Positions 62,045-64,000 of a stretch of 64,000 nucleotides of DNA are shown piece by piece. How positions within the stretch are numbered: the first letter of the stretch is position 1; every line of letters begins with the position of its first letter. Where the stretch lies: contig NC_092352.1 of assembly GCF_963676685.1 (NCBI RefSeq), positions 20,646,001 to 20,710,000 of the forward strand, written 5' to 3'. The notes below the pieces were generated by a model that was not told the DNA's origin, made no database searches, and worked only from the letters and a program-made list of their open reading frames with translations. Position numbers and translations under genes: made by a program. This DNA is from Mytilus edulis (taxonomy: Eukaryota).

Positions 62045-63820
62045 ATCCAATAAAGGTACAGTTTTTGATGGGCCCATTCTTTCCAATAAAGGTACAGTAC
62101 TTGATGGACCTATTCTGTCCAATAAAGGTCCAGTGATTAATGGGCCCATTCTTTCCAATAAAGGTACAGTATTTGATGGGCCTATTCTTTCCAATAAAGG
62201 TACAGTACTTGATGAGCCCATTCTTTCCAATAAAGGTACAGTACTTGGTGTGCACATTCTTTCCAATAAAGGTACAGTACTTGATGGGCCCATTCTTTCC
62301 AATAAAGGTACAGTACTTGATGGGCCCATTATTTCCAATAAAGTTTCAGTATTTGATGGACCCATTCTTTCCAATAAAGGATCAGTACTTGATGGGCCCA
62401 TTCTTTCCAATAAAGGTACAGTACTTGATGGGCCTATTCTTTCCAATAAAGGTACAGTACTTGATGGGCCCATTCTTTCCAATGAAGGTTCTGTACTTGA
62501 TGGGTCCATTCTTTCCAATAAAGGTACAGTACTTGATGGGCCCATTCTTTCCAATAAAGGTTCAGTACTTGATGGGCTCATTCTTTCCAATAAAGGTACA
62601 GTGCTTGATGGGCCCATTCTTTCCAAAAAAGGCACAGTGCTTGATGGGTCCATTCTTTCCAATAAAGGTTCAGTACTTGAAGGGTCCATTCTTTCCAATA
62701 AATGTTCAATACTTGATGGGCCGATATTTTCCAATAAAGCTACAGTACTTGATAGGTCCATTTTTTTTACAACTAAGGTACAGTACTTGATGGGCCCATT
62801 CTTTCCAATAAAGGTACAGTACTTGATGGGCCGATATTTTCCAATAAAGGTACAGTACTTGATGGGCCCATTTTTCCAATTAAGATACAGTGCTGGATGG
62901 GCCTATCATTTCCTATAAAGGTACAGTGATTGATAGGCCTATCATTTCCTTTAAAGGTTCAGTGCTTGAAGGACAATTTCTTTCCAATAAAGGATCAGTG
63001 CTTGATGGACCTATTCTTTCTTATAAAGGTTCAGTGCTTGATGGGCTAATTCTTTCTTATAAAGGTGCAGTGTTTGATGGGCCTATTCTTTCCAATAAAG
63101 GTTCAGTGCTTGATGGGCCTATTCTTTCTTATAAAGGTTCAGTGATTGATGGGCTAATTCTTTCTTATAAAGGTTCAGTGCTTGATGGGCTAATTCTTTC
63201 TTATAAAGGTGCAGTGCTTGATGGGCCTATTCTTTCCAATAAAGGTTCAGAGCTTGATGGGCCTATTCTTTCTTATAAAGGTTCAGTGATTGATGGGCCA
63301 ATTCTTTCAAATAAAGGTACAGTGCTTCATGGGCCCATTTCTTCCATTAAAAATACAGTGGTCGATGGCCCGTTCTTTCAAATAATAGGTACAGTACTTG
63401 ATGGGCCAATTCTTTCTTATAAAGGTTCAGTGTTTGACGGGCCAATTCTTTCTTATAAAGGTTCAGTGCTTGATGGGCCTATTCTCTCCTATAAAGGTTC
63501 AGTGCTTGATGGGCCAATTCTTTCAAATTAAGATACAGTGCTTGATGGGCCTATTCTTTCCTATAAAGGTACAGTGATTAATGGGCCTATCATTTCCTTT
63601 AAAGGTTCAGTGCTTAAAGGACAATTTCTTTCCAAAAAAGGATCTGTGCTTGATGGACCTATTCTTTTTTATAAAGGTTCAGTGTTTGATGGGCCAATTC
63701 TTTCTTATAAAGGTTCAGTGCTTGATGGACCTATTCTTTCCAATAAAGGTTCAGTGCTTGATGGGCCTATTCTTTCTTATAAAGGTTCAGTGCTTGATGG
63801 ACCCATTCCTTCCATTAAAC
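62045..63820. repeat. 36-bp satellite/minisatellite, ~49 copies
   Basis: Unit AAAGGTACAGTACTTGATGGGCCCATTCTTTCCAAT; the 12-aa periodic ORFs on both strands derive from it. Confidence 0.95.
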
Positions 63821-63821
63821 A

Positions 63822-64000
63822 TTTGTAAGGGTTCCACGGAACCCAGTGTCTCGCCTACTTATGCTGTAAATCGCAGGCTCAACAAAAGTGAGGAAAAAAA
63901 TCAATAAAAATATTCCTCTTGATACTATCTTTTAATTGTAATAACCTTCTGTCCAAGTTTGGTAAAAATCCAGGATAGTTTTTGAATCTAAGAAATGTTT
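63822..64000 (-). mobile_element. Probable 3' end of another HINE-like element running off the window
   Basis: Terminal hairpin GGGTTCCACGGAACCC next to the satellite. Confidence 0.35.

Noticed and set aside
61919-63907. Long repetitive ORFs on both strands
   Set aside because: By-product of a 36-bp unit lacking stops; frameshifts interrupt them and several frames are equally open.

Overview
AT-rich, intron-containing animal genomic DNA. The repeat landscape suggests a bivalve, probably a Mytilus-like mussel (inference). Host genes: (1) a 3-coding-exon ankyrin-repeat gene (+, 3781-7251, ~498 aa); (2) a small putative secreted, Cys-containing protein gene missed by the ORF track (+, exons 20345-20464, 28278-28412, 29550-29684, 129 aa); (3) two tandem ENPP4-7-type nucleotide pyrophosphatase/phosphodiesterase paralogs on the minus strand. 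Copy B (57178-45298) is intact at ~417 aa. Copy A (37158-30343) has an in-frame TAA that removes its hydrophobic C-terminal tail. The ENPP duplication also carried the last exon of the small gene. The rest is largely mobile DNA: several Naiad-type Penelope-like retroelements (GIY-YIG upstream of RT), at least nine minimal hammerhead-ribozyme motifs in two covarying families belonging to ~350-nt retrozyme-like units, a CR1-group LINE, Helentron-associated (HINE/pearl-like) elements carrying tandem arrays, a Helitron, Harbinger/hAT/MULE-type MITEs, a 5.4-kb Transib-like element with CACGGTG ends, and a 36-bp satellite. The most notable signals are the homology between the retrozyme unit and a Naiad 3' region, shared structured 3' RNA elements, the hidden small gene, and the truncated ENPP paralog. 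All coordinates were read by eye, and repeat boundaries are approximate.
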